Assembly: GCA_021613535.1 (NCBI GenBank)
Contig: CP075492.1
Coordinates: 8,680,001 to 8,744,000 of the forward strand
Origin: Adineta vaga
Taxonomy: Eukaryota; Animalia; Rotifera
Length of the DNA: 64,000 nucleotides
Reading direction: 5' to 3'
Shown here: in pieces, positions 28,949-42,808 of the stretch
Layout of the letters: each line of letters starts with the position of its first letter
How positions within the stretch are numbered: the stretch's first letter is position 1
The notes under the pieces: generated by a model
What the model was told of the DNA's origin: nothing
Databases searched by the model: none
What the model saw: the letters and a program-made list of their open reading frames with translations, nothing else
Made by a program: the position numbers and the translations under genes

Positions 28949-29769
28949 ATGGTTTGGATGAAAATATTCTTGTTCTTTCTAATGTTTATCATTCAAAAAT
29001 CGTTTCCAGAAACGATGCGTTCTTTTCGAATGTCTATGCTGACCGGTTGGCAGTTTCAATGTGAGAATACTACATGTCTACCATTTATGACAATCATTAC
29101 ACCAAATGTTCGTAAATGTCAAACAAACTGTTTAGCTCAAATTTATTGTCAAGCAGCTAGTTTTCAGAGTTCCATTAGTAGATGTAAATTGTTTGCCTAC
29201 ATTCATAATCAATATAGCAATAGAACAGTTCATGCAGATGTTGTCACCATGATTGTTATTCGTGACACACGAATACCTCCAGGTTAGTGCATGTACAATA
29301 TACTAGACAGAATGAACAAACAGATATGAGACAGCAAAAGTTGATGAGCCCTCTAAAAAAAAAGGTAATTAGTTATTATTACACGATAACTTTTTCTATG
29401 TGACTGATTTCCAACAATTGCCCTTCTATTGTCATAAGATATTTTATTTATTTAGAACCAACTACAACATCAACGACAAGTACCTCAACTAGCACTACTA
29501 CATCAACGACGTCGAAAACGACTTCAACAACATCAAAAACAACATCAACCACTACGACTACTGTCACCCTTTATCCACCATGTTCTCGTACTTTTTGTTG
29601 TACAAACGGTTCTCCAACTCCTTGTACGTACAATGGTATTAATTGTCATTGCGATACGAGCGGTGGTAGCGGTACCTTTGTATGTCCTATTTGTGCAGGT
29701 ACGGGTCCTTCTGAGTATATGGGTAGTGGTACCTGTTACTATAGTGGATATTACTATGCTAGTTGTTAA
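28949..29769 (+). CDS. Secreted Apple/PAN-like domain + Thr/Ser stalk + 10-Cys C-terminal domain (2 exons)
   Basis: Signal peptide; CENTTCLPF...CQTNCLAQIYCQAASF...CKLF; phase-1 intron 29283-29455; EPTTTSTT... stalk; Cys-rich end; stop at 29767-29769. Confidence 0.8.
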
Positions 29770-31019
29770 ATGAAAATATAAACCGGTATTCCTCCTGTGT
29801 ATTGGTATAACTAATAAATATTTTCGCTACTGATTTACTATTTTATTCTATATTTACAAAGCTCTTTAATATGTACATAGACCTTTTAATGATTTTTCTA
29901 TATTTCATTCAATCCGAATAAATACATTGTATTTCTTGAACAGATCAAACATTTTTAATACGAAAGAAAATCATCGAAGAGAATCAAATTATTTGATTAA
30001 CTATATACTGATAGCTGAAGTTATTCTGCTGATTGCAATCCTTTTGTGTATGGAAACTTGGAGATTTGAAAATTTTTATATATATTGTAACATTTATTTT
30101 TGCACAAAACTAATCATGAATTTCATTTTGAAAAGAACAAATACATAAAGAGTAATCTACAGAAAACAGTCAACACATATTTGATATTACCATTCATTAT
30201 TCATATCAACTCGTAAAAAGTAAGAAGGTATTCTTTTAACCATTTTTTTCATCTTATTTGTTTGTCAAGATTACCTTTTTTTTTATTCGACAGAACAAAA
30301 AATAAAAAAGTAACCAAATCATATGCAGTATTTATGATGTAGGTTGGTATGTTGAGTATAAAATGTTTTGATAACAAACGATTCAACACTTGATGGAGTA
30401 TAGCCATTATTTTTCTTATGTTTAACGACAATTGATAAACATTTCGTTCGATAAGTTCTAGTTTGTCTTCTGTTCGTTTTTACATGACTAATGTAGTTTG
30501 TTTATTGATGTAATTATTAGTGACCCCGCAAAGAAACGAAAATATTCCTGTAATTTTCCCCCTAGAATGATGAAAAAAGTCATGACAAAAAAGAAAGGAG
30601 AGAACGAAAAAAAATTACTTCTATATCATTCTTTTATTCGTAGCTAAGATAATTTATTGCTTTGATTTCAGCATGTTCAAGATTATGCGTCTATGAAACA
30701 AATTTTAAATGCAGTTTTTTTTCACTGCGATAGGTAAATAAGACTAGCAAAAGTGCTCGTTTGATTAGTAATACGACATAGTCCACAAATCGACAACCAG
30801 TAGTGGATTTCTCTTACCAATGATATACCTTTTGTTTCGCTAAAGGTGGATTATTCTTTTCATATAAGTGTTTAAAATTGATCAATAGAAATATGCATAA
30901 ACGAATCAAAGCTATGAATAGCCTTGATAAAGAGATAAGGTAATAAATCTTTTTTTAAACGTATTGAAGTATCCAAAATATCTGTTACAATAGAGAAAGG
31001 TGAGGTACTTTTATCATTC

Positions 31020-31330
31020 TTAGGGGCCTCCCACGGATGAAAAAAAAAGACGATTTTCGTCAATAATATAAGTTTTTAGATTTATACATAGCAAGATAGC
31101 TCATCATCTCTACTTTCGAATGCACCATAATTTGCTAGTTTTACGATGGTTTTTGAGTGATTTTCTGAAGATACTTGCATAAATTTTTTTTCCGCTTTAT
31201 TTGACTGTGTCAAAGATTTCTCCGCGATCTTGAATGTTAGAAAGTTCGGGAAGATTTTGAAATGAAGGTGAATTTCAGCGCTACAACCGTTTAAAAAAAT
31301 AAATTTTTGACCTAAGGGGAGTTTAACTTA
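31020..31330. mobile_element. Possible degenerate MITE relic
   Basis: GC-richer ends TAGGGGCCTCCCACGG... and ...TTTTTGACCTAAGGGGAG show weak inverted similarity around a non-coding interior. Confidence 0.3.
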
Positions 31331-31776
31331 GATTATATAATTAGTCCTAGTACATAATCATATGAGCTCAAAGCTACATTAATATGATTTTCATTTGAGT
31401 AAGGTACCCGAAAACCACGTTTCGCAAACTATGATTCATCGAATGATGTTTCTCTTCTCTCACCTGGGGCGGGGGAAATACAGAAGAAAAAATGGAGGCC
31501 ACTACCATTGGTTGTAGATTAGATGCACCATACATGTGTAACTAAATATTCACGAGCTTAGTTTGCATTGATGGTATTTATTTTATTCTGCCATCTTTTT
31601 ACATAGATGTCCTTTTCCGTTTTAGATTAATAATTCGCACTTTTAAAAACATCACAGTGAAAAACCAACGGTGCTAGAATTTATATTTATAATACAAATT
31701 TTCTCTTATTTCCTGAGATGGATTCCTGATTCAAACGACTGATATAAGTCTGTATTTTCATATCCAGGACAATATT

Positions 31777-32984
31777 ATGGACGATTTTGATTATCGTAAG
31801 TGTCAAAATATATAGCAGACTAATACAGCAAGAATATCTACTTCAAAATATTTTCTTTATCCAAACAATTATATTTATTTTTTTAATCTATATAGGTATT
31901 TCAGAAGAAGTTATTGAACGGCCATGTCGCATTTCAGTACGGATTGAGGGTACGATAAATTGTTGAAACTCGATAGATAATTATTTGTACTCTTATAATT
32001 TTACAGGTTTACAAATACCACTGCTTATTGTTGAAGATCGTAACGTCTCTAATACCATAGCTTTCGGACAAGATATTCCATATAATCCCGGTTCCAAGGG
32101 CTTGTTCATTGCTCGTACCGTTGTTCTAATCTTAATTCGTAAGAATTTTTTGAATTTTTTATCGAATGACCCTTGAATTGTAGTGTCAGTTTGCGGTTGG
32201 TCCATGCGCGATTTTCAACCAGTGGTAATAAAGTACACAGAAAAACATGATCAACTTGTTTATGAAACATATAACAGAACTTATGAAGGTACAGAAAATA
32301 TTTACATTTACAATTTTTGATTAATATTATCTATTATAGATCTAATAACGGAAGATGAAAATAATTGTTTTCTTATGAACTCGATGATACTAGATAATCT
32401 CGGTGTTGAGATGAAAGATGACATTGTTCCATCAGATATATACAATGGTAAATAAAGTATTTCAAAATTTTTGTTCTATATTTTGTGATAAAACTATTCA
32501 GATTTATCGATGGACTATACCATTGTAAACGATTACATGACAAAAGTTCCGCATACTTCAACATGTATTCACTCTGATTTATTTGAATGTATCTTTACAA
32601 AATGGTGCTGTGCGAAAGATATGATTGATGGTAATGTTTCCATTGGATTGTTGAAAAGTGCATACTCGACAAGTGATAGTATGTTTAATCAAGTCGATTT
32701 CCTTTTGTTTGTTATATATTTTCAATTTAGAAGCAACTATCGATTCGGAAGGTAGTTTTTGTGATGATGAAAGCAAAGGTTTGTAAAGATTCTTCATATT
32801 TTCATTTGAATTGAAATGAAATACGTACCATAGGTGAACTGGTGTTGGCATATACAGAACTGGGCCACTTTTTCGAACAATATCATCCGGCAATGTCTAT
32901 GTCAGGTAAAAGGAAAAGATCGAGTTTTATATTCATATTTTCTTTATGTATTTAGATTCGTTAATTAGTGAAGGACACGATTAA
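31777..32984 (+). CDS. Orphan gene A, 9 exons, all introns phase 1
   Basis: Exons 31777-31795, 31896-31949, 32007-32138, 32184-32288, 32340-32447, 32502-32678, 32731-32778, 32834-32905, 32956-32984 splice (GT-AG) into one open frame with a hydrophobic segment LFIARTVVLILILSVCGW. Confidence 0.8.
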
Positions 32985-35142
32985 ATTTCGAAGCGAATCT
33001 CAAAGCATTGTTTGATATTATTACTCTTGAAAAGCAATATTTACTCAAATTCTTGTTTTATTTCTTAAATCAGCTCATAATGTATTTTTGAATTAGACTT
33101 GTAATTAAATTAAATTTAATCCGAGTAATAAACACACATACAATCAATATTTTTAACTTTCTCTTTATTTCAATATTAATATTATTCGACTAAATATAAG
33201 TTGAAATATTCTGTTGATCGTATAAGAAAGGACTAATCTTTGCTGCTGAATTGCATTGTGTTATTCATATTCATCTGGACATTGATCTGTGAGATAATAA
33301 TAAACATTGACTTGAAATGATATTGTTAGTAATGTAATTTATCAATAATACAATTCACTTTTACATCTGATAAAACGTAGTATCGTTGATATTTTCTATG
33401 TAAGTGAGTAAACTATTACTGTAGTAAGGAAGAATCTATTGATAACAATAGTATCTTCATTGAAAGAAATGTCTTTTGAGACCTAAATTAAATTTATATA
33501 AACAGAGTAATTCTTTGCATATCTTGGCGTATAGTAAAGTACATAACAAACAGGTTTGATATTAATATAATGACGACAGTGCAATGACGCACGAAAAAAT
33601 GATGTTATCTGACGTAGAATATCGGTTTAAAAAAGGTCATGGATATCATGCTTCGATATGCACTATCACTTTTTCTTGCTGTTCATTGCAAATAATTATT
33701 TTATTATTTACTCGTCTTTGACTGATACAATTTTTTTTGCTATAAAAAGAATGTGTAATGAGTGCGCCCAATGATGATTCTTTGTTTTCTCCCTTATCTC
33801 GTTTTTACTTTTTTTTCTTTCATACATACATACGCTGTTCGAATAAAACATCAAAATAACACTCTTAATTATTATATTAGTAAAGGGGAATAGAGAGAGA
33901 GAGAGAGAGAGGGAGAACATTTTTTTGTCTCGATAGTGATGAAGAAAAATATTTTTCTTCTTGATCGTTAATTTCTTGCTATGCTTGGATTTGGTTATAT
34001 AAGTAATAATAAGAAGAGAAAAGAACGCTTTTGATACATTATTCGATGATTTATTACACTTAACACATATAAAATATATGTATTGTTCTTTCAAAGATGG
34101 TATATTTTATTATAGATGTTTTTGTTTTCATTGAGTTGATCATACTCAAGTAAGAGGGGAAATGCAGTTATTAGGATGTGTGAGTTGACTAATAAGAAAA
34201 AGAAAATATAAAAGACGCAAAAAGGCACACAAACAAGGTGCAAATACATCACCAAACGAGAAAAAAAAGTCATTTTCGTTATCTTTATAATTTTTTTGCA
34301 CATGTTTTTTGAAGAATCTTATATATCACTTTACTTCTGTTGAATTTTTAAGATTATAAAAACTACCTTCGTTAATTAAATCGTTTGGATTTATAAAGAA
34401 GAACATTAAACAATTCCAAGTATGTATTCATTTTCTATTTTTGAATACTTCGACAATCTCTTACGGATTGACTCGATAAGCTTTGAACAATAGGTACTTA
34501 TTGATTAATGATGACTACCTTGAAGGTGGTGTAAAGTTTAATTTTGCCACAAGTACATATCAATAGTAGCTCTTTCTCACAAAGATATGTCGTTTTATGC
34601 AAGACAGAAAATATATCAAAACTGAAGAAACACTACCAAATTCAGACATAAGACTTAGATAATTCAAGAGAATATATAAACGATAGTGAGGGTGTTGTTG
34701 GCGTTCGGAGTATAGAGAATATAAATAATAATGTTATGGGTTTAACCGATGCGTATCCAAGCGTAACGACGATTATAGTGGGGATAGATCACTTGAATGA
34801 TACTATATGTATTGTCAATGTTATTTTTATTCATATTTTTACCTTTTTTTAGTATCAAAGAGCGGTTTGCTTCGTTTCATTGATTTAAAGCGTTCGCTTT
34901 CAATTCAATGTAGAGTAAAGAAAGAAAAATATATTTGAGTTATTCCCTACACTGTACGTATGAATGATACCATATACCTACTTATATCAATTGAAGATTG
35001 TCATGAATAGTTAAAAATTCATCGTCTTTTCATTTCCATTAGATTTTATTTTACATTAATGAAAGAGGTCTTCAAAGTAAATTAAATTCAAACAAAATTA
35101 ACTAAACTGTCATCAGTGGACAGAAAAATCTTGTCCAAAACA

Positions 35143-36800
35143 ATGTCCAGCGAGTATGATAACTCACAAGATTATACCACAGATGAATCATCATCATCGG
35201 AGAACGGTTAGTAAATATTATATCTGGGTTGCAAATTATTATTCAATACTTGTATTTGAATAGAACTGGCGCAAATGGTTGTCGACGAACTATCTGATGA
35301 TTCACAACGAATAACAAGTATTGGTATAGACCAATTAGACATTTAATTTTACTTATACATATTTTCAGATGAACTAGTGAACAGGATTATATTATATGAA
35401 CCAGATCATCACCTTGAAGAAATAACAACAACAACAGCAGCTGTATTTTGGTTTATGTACATACTATTTTGTTTTGGTATTGGTCAGTTCTATTGTTTAT
35501 TTTTGTTCGTACCAATTTTCATTATTATTCATCAACTATTATCATGGAATCATCGATCTGATCAGATATTTCCTGTAGATCAAACAAACAAATCGAAAAT
35601 AGAGTTTTCTCGTAAGATTCGTTTTCCATTACATTTTATTAGATCATTTGGCTTAAATTTTTAGATATTATGGATGCCAATCGAGATGCACAAATTGAAA
35701 GTCGTCTTGCACGTAAATAATACCATAAGCTTTCGAAGAAATTTAATAATCTGATGCATGTCTTTTCTCATCTTTAGATCCAACCGATGAGAGTTTGCCA
35801 TATTCTTCATCTGTCGAGAGTGAGTATATCAAGATATGCCGTAGATGAATTTAATCGTTATCATATTTTTAGTTGTAACTGTCGGGCCATTGAATGTGCA
35901 AAATATGGGAACCGATCCTGAAGACATACACAACGATGCACCTAATATTCTACTTATGAATGCTGCTGGAAATAATGAGAATGGTAACAACGTTCTTTTA
36001 ACTACTCGAACTGGTACGTACTTTGAAAAATCTCACCTTACTACTACTAAGTCTAAATATCATTATTTAGAACTGGATAATCCTATGGTTGATGCTGAAT
36101 ACCATGCAGCAGAAGCTGCAGTCGATAATCCGAATTGTGAGTCAAATGACATATTAGAATATAATGAAAGAAAATTACATTTTTTATTTAAAAGGCAACA
36201 TAAATCCGATCAGTTCAGTTCAATCTCAAGATGACATCAACTCAAGTGAAAGTAGTGACGAAAGTATGTTTATCGAAGTTTCCTTACTCTCGTATTGTCA
36301 TATGTCATGTATTTACTCGTTAATGAATATAAATTTAGACTCTATCATCAGTTCAGAAAGTGGCTTTGATGGAGATGATGAAGGTGGCTCATCCGATGAT
36401 CAAGAACAAACAGCAGGTTTGTTTAATCTTTTTTAATTTTGTCCTCTTGACTAAATTCGACGAATCCTCTTTCATCGGTTCAGGTGAAACGTCGATACTA
36501 ACTAATAATCCTCCAACAAATGTTCGAAAAGACGCTTGTTCTACTCAAACAGATCATGGGTCGGAACAACTTCGAGTGCCAGGTAAAACTGAATATTCTT
36601 TCTTCAATCCGAAATATTTTATTGTAATTGGTGTAGCATCGCCTAATGATGTGAGAGAAATTATGGGAAACGTAACAAATCCACTTGAAGGTAATGAAGA
36701 AATGGTTAGAGAGACCAATCAACCATTGATGATGCCCATACCAAAACCACCGACTGATGTCAGTTCGACCGACAGTGTTGGTGAGGAAATTACTAACTAA
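35143..36800 (+). CDS. Orphan gene B, 11 exons, all introns phase 1; membrane hairpin plus acidic disordered tail
   Basis: Exons 35143-35206, 35264-35323, 35369-35611, 35665-35712, 35778-35819, 35873-36013, 36071-36136, 36195-36263, 36339-36416, 36484-36582, 36637-36800 give a continuous ORF. Confidence 0.82.
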
Positions 36801-38541
36801 ATAGTATGGATGAACGTACATTTAATCCTGATAAACAATTTACTTTTCTTTTACTTAATCCTAACGTTCCATTCTCTGTAACCATCAATTAAAGTGTTTC
36901 TCTCACTCAACAATCAATATGCGTTCACAAAAACCCAATTGACATGACATTTTGAGTATATATGTTGATAGATTAGCGAAGCAATTTTGAGTAAGATAGG
37001 ACCATGTTTGCTTTTTTTATGACGAGAGATTTATAAAAATTGAATTTAAAAAATAGCTAAAGATAGACAAGTTTTGAATTGGATAAATCTTTGTAATAGT
37101 AGGATACGCCATACTTCCTTTTTAGCGGAGGGAAAACATCTCTTTAGATATGCGAACTTCGTAGTAATTTAATGAAATAGAGTTAGATCTCTCTCAGTAA
37201 CAAATTGCTTCAAATAGAAGTAATGAAACATAAATAACTCAAAATGGAGGGTAATGACGATAATTGATTGTTGTGTGAAACAAACTTTTTGAAATCTTTG
37301 GCTTTTAAATTTTTGTCGTAAATTACCCGGTGATATATGGAAACAATCAAGTTAAAGCTGATGTAATGTGATATAACAAATTTTATTCTTTTTTTTTGTA
37401 TTCTCTTTTACTAATTTGTTAAACAAGTATAAAATAATACAATGGTAATGACAAAAACGAGTGATTAATATTTACGTCAGGCATTAATTCTTGAAATCGA
37501 AAGAGTATACAGAAATCATTATTGATAAATACTTGTCACATATTCTATTTACGATTATTAAAACGATGCTTATCGAAGAGATATGTTTATTTGACCTCCT
37601 CAATAAAAGGAAAGTTCATTCATGTTTAAACTCCAAATACCTTAACAAACGATCAAAACTGAATTCAATTACTGCTAAGAGACATTCTCGGTTTTCATTT
37701 TTATTGTCATATACCAAACTACCAATGATAACTGTGCAAAATGTAAGCCACTTACTTCATAATTTATAGCTATTAAGATTTACTGTATAATAAAGAAAAT
37801 GAAAACATGTGAATCTTGCTCTATAACAAAAATTATTTGTTGCTCTTTTTCTTCGAGAGAGAATCGACTTGCATCATTCTCCGGTAGATATAACCTTGAC
37901 AATTTGCTTATAGTTTTCTAAGGATGTTATCAAAACAAAAGAAATGCTTTCAATAATTAGCCTAGTCAGTTAGTAAAACATATGATAGTATCTTAATTAT
38001 ACACTGAAATAAATTGAGGATGAAAGCTAGATGTCACCTGTACAAATCAAGGTCACTTGATAGAAATATGACACTTTTACCGGCTACCTTTTTTATATGA
38101 TGTTGTTTTGAATTGATCCAATAGAAATACTTCAAAGGAACAAAACCTGTAGAAGTCGTTGTTTTGTGACTACTTTCATCTGATTCATTGCATGAAAATA
38201 AACAGAATTGTTTTTCTTTCTTGTTCACATTTGAGAAACATGCTTGACTAACATATAAAAGTAGCAAGGTATCAATGGCAGATGAACGCATTTTCTAATC
38301 AAATCGAAACGAAAGCTTTTCAAAGAGGGAGTGATTTTATTGCTATACAGGTAGACAATATGTACTGAAATTAAGTCAGATATACAAGAAAATCAAGTTG
38401 TCCTTCTTCGAGATTCTTATTTTATGACTATAAAAACTAGTTTCTAATTACTTTGATACCTTTTATTATATAACATATTCTTGAACTCATAATAGTTGAT
38501 AGAGATGTACTATTCATATCATTGTATTTATATATTAATAG

Positions 38542-39881
38542 ATCGTGAATAAAATTTGGCAACACTCAAATCTCCACTGCTGGTAGCTTCTTGTTTTCTT
38601 TTACAGTTTTTGTATTGGGATATATCGCATTAAAGCTTATTCGATCTTATTTTGGTACATCATCAACAAGAACAATAATGCCTAGACGAATTTTTGGTCT
38701 TCGTCTTGTTGTTTACTTGTATTGCTTGCTATTCATACTAATGGGTCTTACTATGAGTCATTCTTTTTTAGTCTATACTTGTATCAATTATTTGCAGTAT
38801 TTATATTATTAGTGTTATATGGACACCTGATCATCAATTTCGTGTTAATTTCGGTAGTGCACAACCTTATCCACAGAATTGTGAGATTTCTTTGTATTCA
38901 AATGTATTCCGTCTATGTTCTACTTCTAGATGAGAATGGTATAAATCGCGAAACTTTGAATACTGTCGGTGAGTATTCTTCTTCATTTTCAGAGCACGAT
39001 ATCCTTATTGATTTATATAGAACCTAGCGATGCATTGTTACTATCATTTCTTCATTATACGTTCTCATCAACGGTTACACGTAAACTATCTTTTGCAATT
39101 CCCTGTCCATCAAAGTACATATTGTTTTTTTTTGCAGTATATTTCGATCAATTTCCCGAAAGTATAGCCGTTGAAGATTCCCAGCCACATACTATGCCTA
39201 CACCAGCTATTCGACTTGCAAGAACTTTCATGGATACAACTCAGCAAACTATACCAAATGTTACAAATATTACTTTTGAAGAAAACGGTAATTATACTTT
39301 CTGAATACTTTTTATGTTTTTCGAAAATATTTTACAGAAGAAAACCAGAATGAAGAAACAGAAAACTCAACAACCCAAGCACCTTTGGAAATACCATGTA
39401 AGTTGAATAATACAATTTATTTGATTAAAATAATGTGCACTTTTTCACAGACATGGACATCTCAGAATCTGCAGCTGATCAGCCGATTCGTGCCAATGCT
39501 GCTAATGACGATCGATTGTACCACACAATTCGTTCACCAATTCCTTCGATCACTAATGATGTTACCGAAAATTATTCAGTTCATCAAATGGTAACAAATG
39601 ATACTTTGGAAAATCAAACAACTATCGGTACTGGAAATTTAATAGAAACCAATGCGACAATAGGTATGAAACAAGAATTTTATTTTAGATATGAATAAAT
39701 CTTCTTCTCTTTCTGAATAGATCCATCTACGTCACCAGAAACAATGGAGCGGGAAAGAAATACAAATATTCCAAATAGTGACGTTCCCGAAAGAATATTA
39801 CAATATACAAGCCTAGCAGTTAATACTGTTCCAAAAGGGCCAACTACAATCGAATCAAACGAAGAAAACATTCAACATTAA
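38542..39881 (+). pseudogene. Orphan gene C (or assembly-error-affected CDS); multi-TM exon with apparent frameshifts, then six phase-1 introns
   Basis: Hydrophobic exon 38542-38880 needs about three single-base corrections. Downstream exons 38930-38968, 39021-39080, 39138-39287, 39338-39397, 39451-39663 and 39721-39881 are open and in frame. 5' exons are unresolved. Confidence 0.65.
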
Positions 39882-40398
39882 ATAATACATGCATATTATA
39901 TTAATAACCGACAATTATGAATATTAGTGAATTATTTAATTATGATGCATCGACAAATCGTTTATTATGACTTTTATCTTCTTTTGACAATGTTAATATG
40001 TACCTTTTTGTTGTACTATACTATTGTTTTCTTATAACAATCACTTACCAAATATGAACATTTTTTGGTCAAATTGATACTGGTTACATTTCTGTCATTT
40101 GTTTTTTTTTAAAGTATATTATTAAATTAAATCGCTGTATTAAAACAATATAACTAAAAAATGTCGATATTTCTTTGTTAAATAGTTGATTCAAGTTAAA
40201 CTTATCTATTTATCTAACCACCTCGAAGGCATACTATTTTTGCTTATTTTGATAACAATAAAATGAGAATTTATCAGTAGACAGAGAAGAGAGTTAATAC
40301 TAAAACAATCTTTTTGAAACTTTTCATATTTATTATCATTATATCCAATCTATATAGTCATTTCTTCGCTGCATTCAACTGGATTTAACAATAGAATA

Positions 40399-41476
40399 AT
40401 GTTGAAAAATATCATCGATACTATTTTATTTTTGACCATAACTATTGATATTATCACATGTGTGCAAGTAACAATAAGTAATGTAGATCCACGTCGAGAT
40501 ATTAATGGAACTATCATGGATATTCACGATGGAAATATGGTACTATACGACGGACTTTATTACTATTATGGTGCAAGTTATGGTCTTTGTAAAGAACCTC
40601 CAGGTCCATCGGGTTGTACAGAATGGCATACAGGAGGATGTGGTTTTCAACTCAATCATAATGTTAGTTTGTATACGTCCACAAATCTAATGAATTGGAC
40701 ATTTCGTAGTTATGCTTTTCAAATGTCAACAATGAAAAATCCAGGAATATTGTTTAGTCCACGTGTTATACGAAATTATCAAACAAAGAAATGGGTTATG
40801 TGGTTTAATTTTCTTCCAGAAACAGGTACCGGTGTTACTCAATCACAATATGCTGTAGCTATTTCAGATACACCACAAGGTCCATTTCAATTGGTGACGG
40901 AAAAAGTCACAACATTAGCATGGGAAAATACAGGAGATTTAAATCTCTTTCAAGATGATAATGGTGATGCTTATATTATTTATACTGCTCATATAGATGG
41001 AAGTATTTATAATCCAAATCATTTAATGTCAGTAGAAAAATTGTCCAGTGATTATCTTAGTTCACTTGGTAAACAATTCAATAGTGGTTATTTTGGACAA
41101 ACTTTTGTAGAGGCACCTACCATGTTCAAACGTAATGGTATCTATTATGCAGTATTTGGTCAATGTTGTTGCTATTGTGCAGAAGGCTCTGCTGTTACAG
41201 TCTATACGTCTTCGTCAACTTGGCCCTTATAAAACAACTATTAGTATTGGTAATGAGGGCCATGCTCAACAATCTAGTGTTTTTAAGTTTCGAACTAGCA
41301 CAGGTGATGGAAATGGATATTTATGGCAAGGAAATCGTTGGCAAAGTTCTCCAGATGGTGCTAAAGGACATGATTTTACCTATTGGTCACCTATCTCTTT
41401 CGATCAAGATGGTAATGTGAAATATATGAACTATACAGCTAGTTTTACTCTTGATGTCATTACTAATAATCAATAG
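40399..41476 (+). CDS. Secreted glycoside hydrolase family 43 (5-bladed beta-propeller), intronless, one frameshift near 41218
   Basis: Signal peptide; DIHDG...YYYYG, SPRVI, AVAISDTPQGPF, GDLNLFQDDNGDAYIIY, EAPTMFKRNGIYY. The expected SSPLGPY motif is split across two frames and continues to HAQQS...WQGNRW...YWSPISF. Confidence 0.85.
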
Positions 41477-41599
41477 ATTTATCCTTGTATTCTATAATTG
41501 CAAAGGATAAGAAAAAACCTATGACATTTATTATTATAGATAAAATTCGAATAGACATCAGAAAGAGTGTTCATTACGTGCCACAAGTCAAACTGTCAG

Positions 41600-42549
41600 T
41601 TATGAATGTCCGATAGGATCTTCATTGACTGGAATGATTCGAACGCGACGGAAAATATATTGATACCAAGATTTAGAAACCAAAGTGAGAAATGCTCTTC
41701 GAAACGTTTTGGATGCACACATAGAAAGATAAAATGGTGCTACACCGATAATATAGACGAGAAATTGTACGAAAAAAGAGATGAATACTTCGATTTCAAT
41801 TCGTTCTCCACTTTTACCCACAACGTAATATGTCACTGCTCCATAGATGAGATTTGCCGAATATGGAATTGATGTGACAATATTTACTGTAACTTCTGCA
41901 ATAAGCATACGCATAAAATGTCTATCTCTCTGTTTAGCACGTGCCTGAGAACCATGCAATTGTTGAAGACCTTGAAGAGTAAGAATATTGGTGACGATCA
42001 TTAATGCTAGTGGTATGATACTAATTGTTATAATTTGATAAATTGAATAGATGAATTTATATATACCCAACAATTCACACACACCTTCTCTAATATCCAT
42101 AAAGAAGGGTACATGCATGACAATTAGAAAATATACGATAGTCATACCAAAAATAAGTTTCATTGCCATTCGAATGGAACTGAATGAACGAATATGAACA
42201 TTTGTTTGCGAGATAATCAATCGATCAATACACGCCAAAACAACCGTATATCGAATACATTGACCAAGAACATGAGCAATATAAAGTCTTGTTTTACAAT
42301 AGAATACGGATTGTACTTGAAGATCAGTATAATTCAATGAATAGAAGAGTGGAAACAGACCCCAGACTAGATGGATCTAGCAAAAATTGAAAGAAAAAGA
42401 AAATAGATTGAACTAGGCGTTTGACGATATCCTGGTCGAGTAAACATAATAATATTGCAAAGACTACCTATGATACCTAATGCAAAGTATATACTTGTTC
42501 CATATTGAATCATCATATTTTGTACCCAAATGAGATTCGTTACTGGCAT
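41600..42549 (-). CDS. Intronless rhodopsin-class (class A) orphan GPCR, one frameshift near 42377
   Basis: Seven hydrophobic segments; GIIGSLCNIIMF (TM1), FYCKTRLY, LACIDR (DRY-like), APFYL...SKTFR (NPxxY-like/helix 8). Two ORFs join after a 1-nt correction (IFA-x-IHLVWGLFPLFYSLNYTD). Confidence 0.82.
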
Positions 42550-42808
42550 TTTCAGAATGACTTCAGATTGAAAATGACGAATGCAAATATATTTCTCACA
42601 GTCTATAACACTAATGATGAATCTACATTTTTTCATGTGGGAAAGAGAAGGTTTTTTATTAAAAAGATTCATTAGGAATTTAAAAAGCACTTATGGAAAC
42701 TTCATCATTTCATTCGGTATCTTTATTCTATATTTGGATGTTACCATATTATTTAATTGACAAATACGAGATGAAAAGGTATATGGCGTACTTTTCAACA
42801 TGAAAATG

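Noticed and set aside
31463-31476. G-rich run GGGGCGGGGG as a G-quadruplex
   Set aside because: Only two G-tracts; insufficient for an intramolecular quadruplex.
41190-41240. Programmed ribosomal frameshifting in GH43
   Set aside because: No slippery heptamer or downstream structure at the shift; a small deletion or assembly error is simpler.
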